Shown here one piece after another: positions 22,189 to 35,100 of a stretch of 52,450 bases of DNA. The stretch's first letter is position 1; each line of letters starts with the position of its first letter. The stretch is from Macrostomum lignano (lineage: Eukaryota): the NCBI GenBank assembly GCA_002269645.1, contig NIVC01004266.1:1-52450 (forward strand). Reading direction: 5' to 3'. Made by a program: the position numbers and the translations under genes. The notes under the pieces were generated by a model. That model worked only from the letters and a program-made list of their open reading frames with translations, searched no databases and was not told where the DNA came from.

Positions 22189-22964
22189 ATGAAGGCGCTC
22201 CAGTCGGACAACCGGCAGCGCAACCTCATGTTCCACCTGGCCCTGCTGTTCTGCTGCGTTGCCATGGTAACCTATTTCTTAGCTTTCGTATCGCCGCACT
22301 GGCTGGAGTCGCAGCCGGAGTATCACAGCCAGTTCCTGCGCATCGGCCTGTGGGAGGTCTGCTTTGACGGCTACCTGCACCCCACAGACTACGTGTCCAA
22401 GGCCTACTTCGGCTGCTGGTACATCTACTTCCCGGAGTTCTCCCGCATCAGCGGCTGGCTCATCCCGCCCTGGTACTACGCTGTGCAGATGCTGGGCATT
22501 GTGGCCTTCATCTCCATCCTGCTGTCCACTATCGCCATGGGCTCGCAGTTTGTCCGCGTGCTGAATCGCGACTCAAAGCGTTGGCTGCGTGCCAACACGA
22601 TTTTCCACCTGCTAGCCGGCGCCTGCATCGCCTTCCAGCTCATTGTGATGGCCATCCAGAGCCGCGACCGCCGCTGGATGCCGCGGCCCGACCAGAACCG
22701 GCTGGGGTTCGCCTACGCCATGGCGCTCATCGCCTGCCTGGCCTGCACCTTCACCGTCGGCTTCCTTGCCATGATGTACATCAAGGAGGACGAGGAGCAG
22801 CTCGTCTTCAGCGACGTCACCGACGCCGGCCCTGACATCGGCGCGGCGGCCGCGTCCCAGCCGATGGGCGGCTACGGCGGCGCTAGCGGTCAGGACAAAT
22901 TTATGGAGGCCGGCGGCGGTCGATATTTTGTCGGCGGCGGCGGGCAAGCGACAGCGCCGTTTGA
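22189..22964 (+). CDS. Invertebrate claudin (PMP22/claudin superfamily, Megatrachea/pickel-like); probable true stop 22962..22964 after a 1-nt frameshift
   Basis: Four hydrophobic segments; W..., GLWEVC...C claudin signature in loop 1 (SPHWLES...IGLWEVCFDGY...GCWY). The ORF track end (23103) reads into a 33-bp repeat; the shifted frame ends ASDSAV*. Confidence 0.8.
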
Positions 22965-22969
22965 GCTTT

Positions 22970-23100
22970 TGGGACTCGGACTCTGTTGTTGGGACTTGAA
23001 TTGGGACTCGGGATTCAGTTGTTGGGACTTGAATTGGGACTCGGGATTCAGTTGTTGGGACTTGAATTGGGACTCGGGATCCTGTTGTTGGGACTTATAT
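22970..23100. repeat. 33-bp tandem repeat (GGGACTCGGGATTCAGTTGTTGGGACTTGAATT)
   Basis: Three to four visible units. Confidence 0.85.
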
Positions 23101-24916
23101 TAACCCTGGCGTTGTAGGAAGGAGATTTTAACAAGTTGACTTGTTTAAGTCTGCTTGTGACTCTTGTGCTTATCTAGTGTAACCATGCTGCTCTCCTTCG
23201 CCTCATCATTCCCTCTTGCTTATTCACTACTAAAAATTTGTTTTTTCGTAAACGCACATCATGCTACTTTTGTTAAAAGTAGTAGCCTAAACAGACAATA
23301 TTGCTTAAAAATTCGAAAAACTTTTCAAACTAATAGGCTTTTGGCTGTATTTGTAAATATCTGTTTTACAAAGTTTCTAACAGGGAGTTGTGTAATTTTG
23401 TGTACGTTGTAACTGCTAAATTTATACCAATCTGGGCTGTTCAGGCTGTGCCATCAGCACCCGGCTTTAACATTCCATCTACCAGTAACTGAAAAATCTG
23501 TACTGTGTTACTATAATTATATTACCTAAATAATAATACCTGGAGCAATTTATAATCCTGATCGCTTAGTAATAATATCAAATAATAAATTGTGCGATTT
23601 TAATTAAACTAACGATTTTAAAATTTTATTGCTTTGAGTAAATAAGAGAGAGACAGACAATGCAAGTTCATGCCATAGTATATACCAATGCAGTTATTAT
23701 TAGTGAATTAATGGTCGGCTTATGCATATATTTAGCAGAACTTTTATCAATCGCCGCCCAATATGAACAGGTAAGACTTTTATTAAACTGGAAAATAGAA
23801 AATCAGGGCTTGCTATATCGGTTTCAGTAATGCGTTATCAATAAGCAAAGAAAAAACTCTCTGTTGGGATTGCTGCTGCTTACTGCTAGTAGTGAGGGAC
23901 GCGTGTGTCTCGAGCGCATCTTGTTGGCTTCTGGCATGCCAACCTGATGCAGCCCGAGTCCAGCGTCCCGCTTATTTATATATTCATACTCGAATTGGCA
24001 GAAGGAAAGTCTTTAGCGGCATATTAATTATATAAAATACATGGCTGCTCAAAACAAGACAATATTCCTATGTACGCGCAGGCTAATTAGCATAGGTAAT
24101 TAGTTAGCAGTGTCCAAACCTAGCCAATGCAAAACGGAAAGACGTGCGACTTTCATTTTCACACCTGGACTGTGCATGCGGCGGGGGGATAAGGGGAGCA
24201 TTTTTATACACGCGATAAGCCGTCCGCACAGTCTAGCGACTATTGGCTGACAAGGGATTATTTATTGTACGCAGATTAGCAGATTAGCAAGCAAGAGAAA
24301 AAATACGAGAAACAGTTTTTGTTATAACAATGCGAAAATACTTTTTTATAGTTTGACCAGAAACACAGAAAGAGAAGATGCTGGCTATGATTATGGTTAT
24401 GAATGCAGTCGCAAGTTGAACTAGATTGCTTATTGGAGCAGCAGCGCAAGCAGAAACTGAAGCCGCTAGGAACAGTTGGATTAATGTCAAGTTTATCAAC
24501 GCAGAATTGGGAAACAAGATCAGCAAGGAATCAATTTTAATTTGGCTGCTAATTAATGGCAAAGTGCGTGAAACCTCAGATGCCAAAGCAACAACCAGTT
24601 TACATCGTAGTAGATGGGTGCAAATGGGTTTTTGAAAAAGGTTTTTAGTTAATACTTTTAACAATTTTCTATGCAAAATTTAGCTATAATTGCCTCTCCA
24701 AGAAACAGCATCGGGCGAATGCGGGAGCCTGGATCGCGTCTGATGAGGTGGTGAATGTGCTCTGCGCTCGAATTCTGTCACTATGCAGTTAATCTCCGAA
24801 GGCCAATCGATATTTAAATGACTTTTTGCTTAACTAAATTTCAAACGCCAGGCTTTAGCACGCGCCTCTCAAATGGGCTGGAGTATCTGTTAATGGATTT
24901 TTGAGTCGCAAAAGCC

Positions 24917-26116
24917 CTAGCACCAGTAAGCGCCCTCATCATCCGGGGCCTCGACTGTACGTGCCAACATCGTCATGGCCGCCGGTCGACCGGAGGCTAC
25001 ATAGAACGGGTACCGCTGCTGCTGCTGCTGCTGCTGCTGTTGATGTCTGCGCGGCGGCGGCGGTGGCGGCGCCAACGGCATCGGGAAGTTCGCCGGATGC
25101 GGCTGCGGCGGCGGCAGACCGGCTGCGGAGGGCTGCGACGATCGCAAGGCCGCTCCGCTGAGACAGCTTTGATGACGGCTTGAGTTGTTGAAGGACGGAG
25201 GGTAGGCGGGGTGCCGCTCGGCGGCCGGCTGATATCCACGGGACGGCGGCGCCGGGTGCCGATAGGGCTGCGACTGCCGATGGTACATCTGCGGCTGCTG
25301 CACCGACCGCCTCGCCCGCGGCATCATGGGCGGTGACATGTCGTCGTAGTCACCCGCTTCGACCATTGAAGCGTCGATGACCAGGCGTAGGTCGGCGTCG
25401 GAAGCTATCGACTCTTCAACCATCAGGTCCTCGTCCGGTTCGAGCTGGTCGACCTCCGCGTCGAGCTCCTCGTCAACAAGTGACCCGGAAATGCCGCCCA
25501 TCTCGTACTCCTCCATGACGACGTCGAACTCGTTGAGATCGTCTAGAAGCTGTTCGGGTGGCGGACTGGGCACCCGGTCCAACCTCCGAGTCGGCGACTC
25601 TGTCGTCGTCGGTGGTGCAGCTGCCCAAACTGCGTCGGCGAGGACAGCGACGGCGTCGGCGACATTGACGGCGGTGTTGGTGGTCGAGACGGTGACGCGT
25701 TCAGCCGAGGAAAGTTGATGCCAGACGGCGAACAAAATCCGTGCCGGCCGCCGGTGGCGCCAGCGACGCCAGTTTGAACCGTCGGCGACGGCAGGACGTG
25801 CGGCATCCGGTCGTGGTCGTCTGGCAGGCGCAGGTTCAAGCTGCTTGGTGGTGGAGGCTTCCTCGCTGCCGCTGCCGCTGCGAGCTGTTGTTGATGCTGC
25901 TGCTGCTGCTGCTGCTGAAGGTACTGAGGATGCTGAAAGGTTTGCGCTGGGCGCGACTGCTGCTGCAGCGTCGGCACCGGCTGCGACAGCGGGGGCGGCG
26001 AGTTCGACGGCGAGGGCGTTTTCGAACGCGACTCCAGCGAAGTGGCACGCATCGCCTGAGACAGCTCTGGCCGCGGTGCCGATAGGGACTGGGACTGCTG
26101 CTGCTTTTGCGGCTGC

Positions 26117-26154
<38 letters not shown>

Positions 26155-29100
26155 TTGTTGAAACTGCAGCTGTTGTTGTTGCTGCTTCTGCTGTTGTTGC
26201 TGTTGATACTTCAGTTGTTGTTGTTGTTGTTGTTGTTGTTGCTGCTGCTGCTGCTGCTGCGGGTTGAGCGGTTGCTGGCGCGCAGTGGAGCCGCTTCGAG
26301 GCGGCATCTGGCGGCCGGACTGCTGATGATGATTTTGGTAGCTGCTGGTCACCGAGTCGTCGGACCGCTGACCGCGACCTAAGGGGTGCCGCGGCAGGTG
26401 GAAATATACAGTTAGAATTCGTGTTGCCAAGGAGCTTATAACCCGGTCTCGCGATGCAGGCCCAGTTTAAGGAAGCCAATTGGCTAAAACAAGCTTGTGC
26501 GCATCGCAAAACCAGCTGCAGTGACCTCGTGCCGTATTGCGAGAGGCGGCAGCTGGCGCAGAGCGTCAATAACTAATAATAGTGCATGGAAACCAAAATC
26601 TGCTGGTGAAAGTGCCTCTACAGCCACCGGTGCTTCCGTGTCTGAGCGGTGCCTCTGAATAAAATTTCTGGTACACCAACGCATCCTTGAGGGGCCGGAT
26701 TCCCGTGGAAATGAGCAAAATTAGAAATCTGACCGTCACCAATATAAGGAATTTATTCCCCGATATCCAAAAGTAGACAAAGGAGCAATGAGCAATTTTG
26801 GCTAGTTCTTACGGCTGAATTTTGAGCACATGTATGGAAACTGATGTCGGGGCAGATGGACGATGAGCCAAGCAGCATATTTCAGTCTGCAGAACGGCCA
26901 AGACAGAAAATACGGTGCACGACAGTTTAAAATTGTAAATGCTAAACTACTCATTCATAATCATATTGCGAGCGTAAATCTACATTTCTACGCTTATGCG
27001 AGACAACATCGATGTTGAAAAGTAAAACAAAGATCTAAGCGCCTTGTGGCGTACGCAGGGATTTTAATTGGACCCTAACCTAAATGGCGCCAGTATTCGG
27101 GGTCCTGGTTGGCGCCCCTGTCCTCTGGGCCGGTGGATGCCAAGTCCAAGTGGTGGTAAAGTTCGAACTATGCTGCCTCTTATTTGGAGTTTGAAGGAGC
27201 CCCCGGCCACCTCTGCCCCCTCTGCCCCCTCTGCCCCCTCCGCCCCCCTCTGCGTATGCCACACTGCTGGGCGCTGCTACTCGGTGCTACTGCCAGCCCT
27301 GCAAGATTCTTGGCATATTTTACACCTTAAGGGCTTCGCTGCAGCTGATCAGCAAAACAAGTATCTAAACGGACGTGACGGGACGAAAGCACGCGTGAAA
27401 AACCGGTGCATCAAAACAAAATTGAGGAAATTCTATGAGACATCGAATGCTCTCAGTAATGCCGTTGTCTGTGCAGTATTATCATTTATTTTCAGAGGGC
27501 AGACCCTTAAAATTTAACTGGAAATTTCAATCTTGCAATTCCACGGAGTGAAGCATCACTCAACTCCGAGGAGGTACCCCTGAAATACAAGGTCAAAAGT
27601 GGGCTGTTGTTTAGCGGAATGTTTGCGACAACCTCAATCTGAGACCCTATCAGCGGTGAGTAAAACAAATAGGTTAAAAAGAAGATTCACAATATTTAAT
27701 TTATTACTTTACACAATGTTATTAATTATGATAGAAACGATGCGGTCGCTTCTTCAAGCAAAAGATCATGTATAACATCATGTACTCGAAATAACACCAA
27801 CACAGACTGGGGCGGGAAGAGACGTGGACTGCAAAGCGTTAAGCGGAAAGTCAGACAAACAGCTAATGACGCAGGTCACATGTTCATCAATGCAAATGCT
27901 ATAGATTAATACGCGGCAGTAACTGAGACTCTCTTGACTGACAATAACAGGCATGGCTCATGCAAATAGTTTTTCATGAGTAGTATGAACCGCGTTTTAT
28001 GTGGAGTAGTACTGGCGGCAGGAATCTTGAATAGTTTTAAACCAATTTACAAAAGGCAGCATTGGAGTATACTATTATAATGCACTAATAAACTAAAGCC
28101 AATATAGTTGTCTAGAGCTTGTCACTGTTGTCTAGAGCTTGTCTCTGTTGTCTAGAGCTTATCTCTGTTGTCTAGAGCTTGTCTCTGTTGTCTAGAGCTT
28201 ATCTCTGTTGTCTAAAGCTTGTCACTGTTGTCTAGAGCTTGTCACTGTTGTCTAAAACTTGTCTCTGTTTTCTAGAGCTCGTCTCTGTTGTCTAAAACTT
28301 GTCTCTGTTGTCTAGAGCTTGTATCTGTTGTCTAGAGCTTGTCTCTGTTGTCTAGAGTTTGTCAATGCTGACTAGAGATATCTACTAGAACTTTTCGATG
28401 TTTATAAAGATTGTGGCTCATAGTCTTGCTGTCTATCAATATGCGTCCAACGACTTTTCTTGCGGGGGGTGATTGGTGCCATGGTGGCTTAGCGAACGAA
28501 GGGGTTCAAACTCGAGTTCAGACTCAACCTTATAAGGACTCAGGCGACCAACTCACCAAAATAGCGCTCCCGCCGCTCCCTCTCGGCCAGCTGGTGGGCC
28601 TGGTCAATCATGCTCGACACCGCCTGCGCGAACCCACCTGCTGCAGCGGCTCCGAACGGACTCGAGGCCATGCCCGGCCCCGGGTAGCCGGCGGGCGCCT
28701 GGTGCTGACGATACGGTTGATGATGATAATGAGGCGACGGAGATGTCGGACGCGACGGGGTCGGGCTTGAGTCGAGATAGTTGCGCAGGTTGCCGTGCTT
28801 GTACTGTTGAACGGCGAGCGGTTTCAGGATATGAAAAGCAGGGTTACAGAGATGTGAACTGACGAGCAAAGCATCGAGTAAACCCTTAAAACCATTTGCC
28901 GGAGAAAGGGGTTCGCGGGGAAACTTCAGTTTGTATAAAATCCTATTGCGGGAAGTCTGTGACTTTCTGGCGCTGTGAATTTGATCGGAAAGCTGGGTCT
29001 GAGCAACTGAGACCGTCACCAAATTCAAGAAATGCAAAGAAGCGGCTGGGCGGCTTGTGTTGAAGGAAACTTGGCTCCTGTAAAAAATTTCCCGAACCTG

Positions 29101-32100
29101 TGAAAACGAAAAGCTTTTCCCTGGATATTTTTTTAACTCCTCGAGCCACTTCGCCTACTTAATTAAAATCAGCTCCTAAGCGAACTCAGACTCAGATGCG
29201 CTGCTCAGTGAAGGCGTCTGCAGGGCTTGAATCCTGCGCAGGCGGTGGCTGTCGCTGCCACGGCATGGAAATCTGCGTTTTTAGCGTGTGAATCGGCAAT
29301 GAAGTCGCTGGATTCGGAGGGCCCAGGAGAGAAACGGAATTACCTCGCCAATAGCAGTTACAATAGAGTGCAGGTCATCGCATTTACCCGCTACCATATC
29401 GTTAATTACCGAGAATTATTTAACCGCATAAACACCCAGGTACGCTAACATATGTGTATGTATGTTTATATGCGCAAATATCATGTAATTTCTTTAAAAT
29501 TATTGGACCTGTTGCTACCCAACACCGAATTAGGAAGAAGATTGACTAGAAATAAAGTACCCTATCGATCCGTTGCCAAATGCGATTGTACAACTGCAAT
29601 TGGAAAGTTTTTGTGCAACATATTTATTTAATAAGCTGAAAGCAGTTCTATCCTTACTGCCCTGGACAATTCCATGAATGCTGCTCTGCACTGGCTGCGG
29701 CCCTCTTTGCAGTCCGAATGATTCATGCCCAAAGCCACCACTCATTGGCTGTGGGCTTCTGTTCGGAGTGAGAAGGGGCCCGGGTCCAAAGCCACCGTTC
29801 ATTGGCTGAGAGCCTCTGTTCGGAGTGAGGAGGGGCCCGGGTCCAAAGCCACCGTTCATTGGCTAAGAGCCTCTGTTCGGAGTGAGGAGGGGCCCGGGTC
29901 CAAAGCCACCGTTCATTGGCTAAGAGCCTCTGTTCGGAGTGAGGAGGGGCCCGGGTCCAAAGCCACCGTTCATTGGCTGAGAGCCTCTGTTCGGAGTGAG
30001 GAGGGGCCCGGATCCAAAGCCACCGTTCATTGGCTGAGAGCCTCTGTTCGGAGTGAGGAGGGGCCCGGGTCCAAAGCCACCGTTCATTGGCTGAGAGCCT
30101 CTGTTCGGAGTGAGGAGGGGCCCGGATCCAAAGCCACCGTTCATTGGCTGAGAGCCTCTGTTCGGAGTGAGGAGGGGCCCGGGTCCAAAGCCACCGTTCA
30201 TTGGCTGAAAGCCTCTGTTCGGAGTGAGGAGGGGCCCGGGTCCAAAGCCACCGTTCATTGGCTGAGAGCCTCTGTTCGGAGTGAGGAGGGACCCGGGTCC
30301 AAAGCCACCGTTCATTGGCTAAGAGCCTCTGTTCGGAGTGAGGAGGGGCCCGGGTCCAAAGCCACCGTTCATTGGCTGAGAGCCTCTGTTCGGAGTGAGG
30401 AGGGACCCGGGTCCAAAGCCACCGTTCATTGGCTGAGAGCCTCTGTTCGGAGTGAGGAGGGGCCCGGGTCCAAAGCCACCGTTCATTGGCTGAGAGCCTC
30501 TGTTCGGAGTGAGGAGGGGCCCGGGTCCAAAGCCACCGCTCACACATTGTGTAAATTCAGATTCCATTCGATGATTTAAGACTTAGATCGAAACTACTGT
30601 AAATCTGTAAAATATGTAAGCCTGGGCATGTCTGTAGTAACACTATCAGTACGCTTTGTGCTATTCAATTGGCTATCAATTCGCCATCAAGTGGCTCACC
30701 TGGGCCGTAAGGTTCTCTCCGGGCTCCTTGTTCCGGCTGTCGGCTCCTCCGCCGCGGCCCAAGAATGAGAATGACTTCTTGGTTGGCTCGCCCGGCTGCC
30801 GGTCGATGCTAAAATTTAATAGCAATTTAATATGGTCTAAGGTTAAAGCATGCTTAAATTTAGGCGGACCGAAAGGGCAGTAAAGTCTAAGAATGCAGAT
30901 AGGCATGAAACACATTGGTTTAGAGAGAGCTCTATGTAAGGTTTCTGATCCGACCCCGCTTAAAATCACTCTAATGCACTCATTCTGCAGCTGCAGCCCT
31001 ACCTCTCGTCCTTTCAAGCGCCAATTAAGTAGCTCAAGTAGCTACAAGCATGTCTCTGTTTTTACCCTAAAATTACAACAATGACTGCTTTGTTGAGGCT
31101 CTAACTACTAATTTAGCGAGGAAGCTGGAAATTTCCCATAATCGCCTTTTTGCTTACCCCAGGAAGCTTTACATTTATTACTCTAAGCCGGGCAACTCAA
31201 CGGGAAGGGAAAAGCTTCTAGTTTACTTAATTTACTTGTACGATAGCAAGAAAGCAATTCGTTACTAAAAGCAGACATGAAGTGCAAAAGAAGCAAAATT
31301 AACAATTTCTAAATGTCCAGTCGTCAGCTCAGGCATGCCAGAACTCTCAGCAACCGCGGATGGTTATAAATTATGAGATAAAACCCGTCACCTTAGACCG
31401 TCCTCGTCGGAGGAGTGGCGAGCATTGAGGCTCTCGCTGGACCTGTTCACATTGCCGCGCATGACATTGTCCATCAGCTTGGCCAGAATTGAGGATTGCT
31501 TGGCCTGAAACCGCGGGGTCAAGATTGAGTCAAGCGGGAGCTGATAGGGAGGCCGGGTTCACCATGCACAATAAATCCCTTTACCAAGCACTAAGCATTA
31601 AAACAATTAAACACCTTCACCAATGGATAGCGAATTATATCTATAGAAAGTCCCCAATGCCAAATTATTTTTCTATTCACTTCAAATCGGACAGGCTGAG
31701 CTCGTCGAACTCAGACGAGTGAATGCTGCCTCGCCACTGGAAAGTTTCGAAACAAAAATTCATAACAATAACATCACTCAATATGGCATTCTGAATTGTT
31801 CTCAATCAAAATATCAGCAAACACATCGACAAAATCGCGTCAAGATTTGCGATAGCTGCCGTCGTGGCGAAGGCAACCCGGTGTGAAGCGAGTAAAACAA
31901 ACTGGAAAAAATCGTTTTCTGTCAGTTCGATCAATTTGCTACCGGATAATTTTCTACCGTGTTTTAAAAAATGAAAGAGTTTTTTAATTCGGTTGCTTAC
32001 AAGCAACTCTTCAACCAATGTTAATCTGCCTTCCTGCTGGTACGGAAGCAATGACGAAAGCTCGATTATTAATTGAAAAACTGCAGCTCAGTGCTAGAAA

Positions 32101-35100
32101 ACCCGATGGATAATTTGCTACAGGTAACAATTTGCAAAAAAGTCTGAGCTAAAATTGAAAAAAACATGAACTGTCATTCTTCACTGTGAAGTGCGCAAAC
32201 CAATTCAATAATACTTTTGCTGCAGCAATACATTTTAGAAAATAACCAATCAAATCTTCAGTGCTTAATTTTTTTCTTAACGGATAACCTTTAGGGTGAC
32301 GTAATGCGGTTTATTATCAAGGACCAGCGGTTCTGCAGTGCGTTGCCTAAGCTGGAACTGTTAGCGGAAAATCTGATTAACTTAGTTCGCATGTTTAATG
32401 TGCAGCGCGGGTGCCACGCATAAAAAGGGCTCATTGCGCCGGTGTTTTTTATATGCCATTTTGTTTTAGTGCGTGGCTGGTTGTGTGAGTTTAAACAAAG
32501 TTATTTTATGATCAACTGAAAACAAAATTACGATGCTGATCTTTCGCATAGACAAAAAAGTATATGGTGTTAACAGAATTTCATGGAATTTTTGTGCTCG
32601 CTTTAGATAATTTATAACTGCCGTAGCTGGTTCGCTCGCATGGCTACTCCAAATTCCATCTGATTACTAAAAAACATTGATTGAGAACTCTTTCTAAAAA
32701 TTTCTATAAATTTTATGAGAACTATACAGCCTGACTGAAATTAAAATTTTCTAAATAATCTTAATTTAAATAGAAACAGAAAATGACGTATAATTAAAAC
32801 AAAGTAACGAAACAAACAATGACACCACTTGTTATCAACAAAGGTAAGGAATTCATAAATTGAAATGCGCTGTGGATTCCAGTGTTCGAATAAAAGCATC
32901 AGTTCATAACAACTCTGCTGTCGGTGAGTGATGCAGATCTGACTGGTCTCATAATAATGAAAAGGAGTAAAACTGCCTGCACAGAAATTACAAAATACCT
33001 CGTCATTGCTAGTGCGTGAAGCTGTTGGCGATGCCAGAACACCTTTAGTTGGTTTTACCTGGCGACGATGGCGTTCAGAAAGATCGAGTATTGGATATTG
33101 ATTTGGCTCACCAGCAACTCTCTGAGAGACTATACTTAAAGAAAGTTCCATTTTTGCTGTTCACAATTAAGTAACAGCAAAATTCTACTTGTAAATTGGA
33201 AATACTTGACACTGTTCTTTCGGAAGCTAAAAGGGTTTAACAAATTTAAAACAAAAAAGTGTCTGCGATTTGGAGCATCGGGCACTCACCCCTGCGCCTT
33301 GTTTCTCCTTGCTGCTCGACTTGAAAGCCCGCCAGTTTTCCAGGATCAGCAGGCCAGCGTAGACTTTGCCGACCGTCATTTTGAACTCGCACAGCTCTGG
33401 AAAGATTGGAAGATCGTCTACGTTGCTTGCTACGCTTGTAGTTCAAACCAAAGATGCTAGAATAACTGGATGGGCCACTCAGCACATTTGCATGCAAGCT
33501 ACTTTCAGTTCAGTATACACTGAAGCATTTTAATGTATTTTTAAAGACAAGGCTCTTTACCCCCCCCCCAAGCAAAAACCCCCAAACTCCACGCCGAACC
33601 TCTACCCCTGCCCCGCCCCAGCCTTAATCTGCCATGTACATTTCAGTGACTAGCGTACATTACGGATGAACCAATTACAAGCTGTTTACGTCTACAATTA
33701 GAGTAACGCAAACACGCACAGCAAAACTTAAACTATGAATCATGTTACTATATGATACCGTAAGCAACGAATAACGACCCTAGAAAGGTATCTATTATAT
33801 CTATTAAATTTCCTAAAATTCTATTCAACTGTCACGGGGTAAAATTCCTAAGAATTGACCCCATCACCCATCAAAATGACCCTGTTCACGTGAAAATTTC
33901 CTATAAATACAAGCCAAAATCCGAGCTGAAGTCTCAAGCTCAGCAGCCTCAGGAAAACTTGAGACCAATCAAGAACTACTCCCAAACCGAGGGTACATCT
34001 CTGGGAGAAGTGTATACCGAACGGTAAGCCTTTGTTGAAACCCTTGTTATTTGATTACTGAGAGCTGAGTCATTGCCAGCCGTTATCGATCAGTTGATTT
34101 CTGTTGAATTATTCAATTAAAAGTCTCCTTATTCCTAGGGGATTGGATAAGATCCATTTGGACCAGCTTTGATCGGTTTCTGCTTTGCACCATTTCTTCG
34201 AGAGAGAATTCGTTCAGTTACAAGAATAGGTAGCAACAGAGTGCTTAATGTGTGCTTGGAATTGCTATTCGTGTGGGTTTCGTACTATCCATGAGGACAT
34301 GCAAAACTTTAACGCACCTTCGTCGGGCGGCACGAGCTTGTTGAGGCATTTCTTTGCCCGCAGCGGCCACATCTTCTGGATGCTCACGCGCAGCTCCTCG
34401 TCCTTTTTGTCCATTAGTTCGACCGCGTCCACCTTGATGCTCAGCGACTCGCGGATGAGCGCGAACAGGGTGGTGGTGAAGTGCACGGTGTTGTTCTCGT
34501 CCACTGGCATGTTCATGCGGATCAGCTTCCGGTAGGCCAGGCGGTAGGGGCACTTCTTGCCGAACCCGACGGGCGGCTCCATGTTGCGGAGCATGTCGTA
34601 CATCTCCGAAAAGTGGATTCGCCCCGTCGCACCGGGGTCGAACTCGGCCCACACTCTACTATACTCGTCCAGATGATGCGGGCCCAAAATTGAGGAGTCC
34701 CTGGTCAAGTAGTCGAAGTTGTCCATGATGACGGCCACGAACAGGTTGAGCATGAGAAATGTGCAAAAGAAGATAAAGGAAACAAAGTAGATGTAGGAGA
34801 TGTTGTTGCCGCAGGTGCTGCCCGTTTCATCGCTAGGTGTGTATGGATTATCCTTCGTGGATGGCGGAGGCTGGCAGTCCTTGCCAGCGGAGCAGGCCAG
34901 CATGATGGTCTGCCAGGACTCGCCAGTGGCGCAGCGGAACAGCAGCACGAGGCTCTTGAGAAACGTCTGGAAATTGTTGTGCCTGTTGATGTCGCTCTCA
35001 TTGTCCAGCTTGATGTTGCCGAACACCTGCATGCCGATGATGGCGTAGATGAAGAACAGCATGATGATGAGCAGGCAGACGTACGGCAGGGCTTTGATGG

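Noticed and set aside
24740-24775. Hammerhead ribozyme (CTGATGAG..CTCGAAT)
   Set aside because: GAAT instead of GAAA, weak stem II, no cleavage triplet with a stem III.
25620-25632. Programmed -1 frameshift at TTTGGG
   Set aside because: Not a canonical X XXY YYZ slippery site (Y should be A/U). A similar G-run problem in the claudin points to assembly error.
24917-26569. 550-aa ORF as a stand-alone gene
   Set aside because: Its 5' part is intron plus a shadow frame; only the 3' part is the real Cav2 terminal frame.
28770-28803. [10 protein letters not shown] as a tyrosine-kinase subdomain V fragment
   Set aside because: No other kinase motifs are present, and the segment splices in frame into the Cav2 tail.
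29723-30579. 274-aa and 284-aa repeat ORFs as genes
   Set aside because: Open frames are a by-product of a GC-rich 57-bp unit. Only the third, minus-strand frame links to splice sites.
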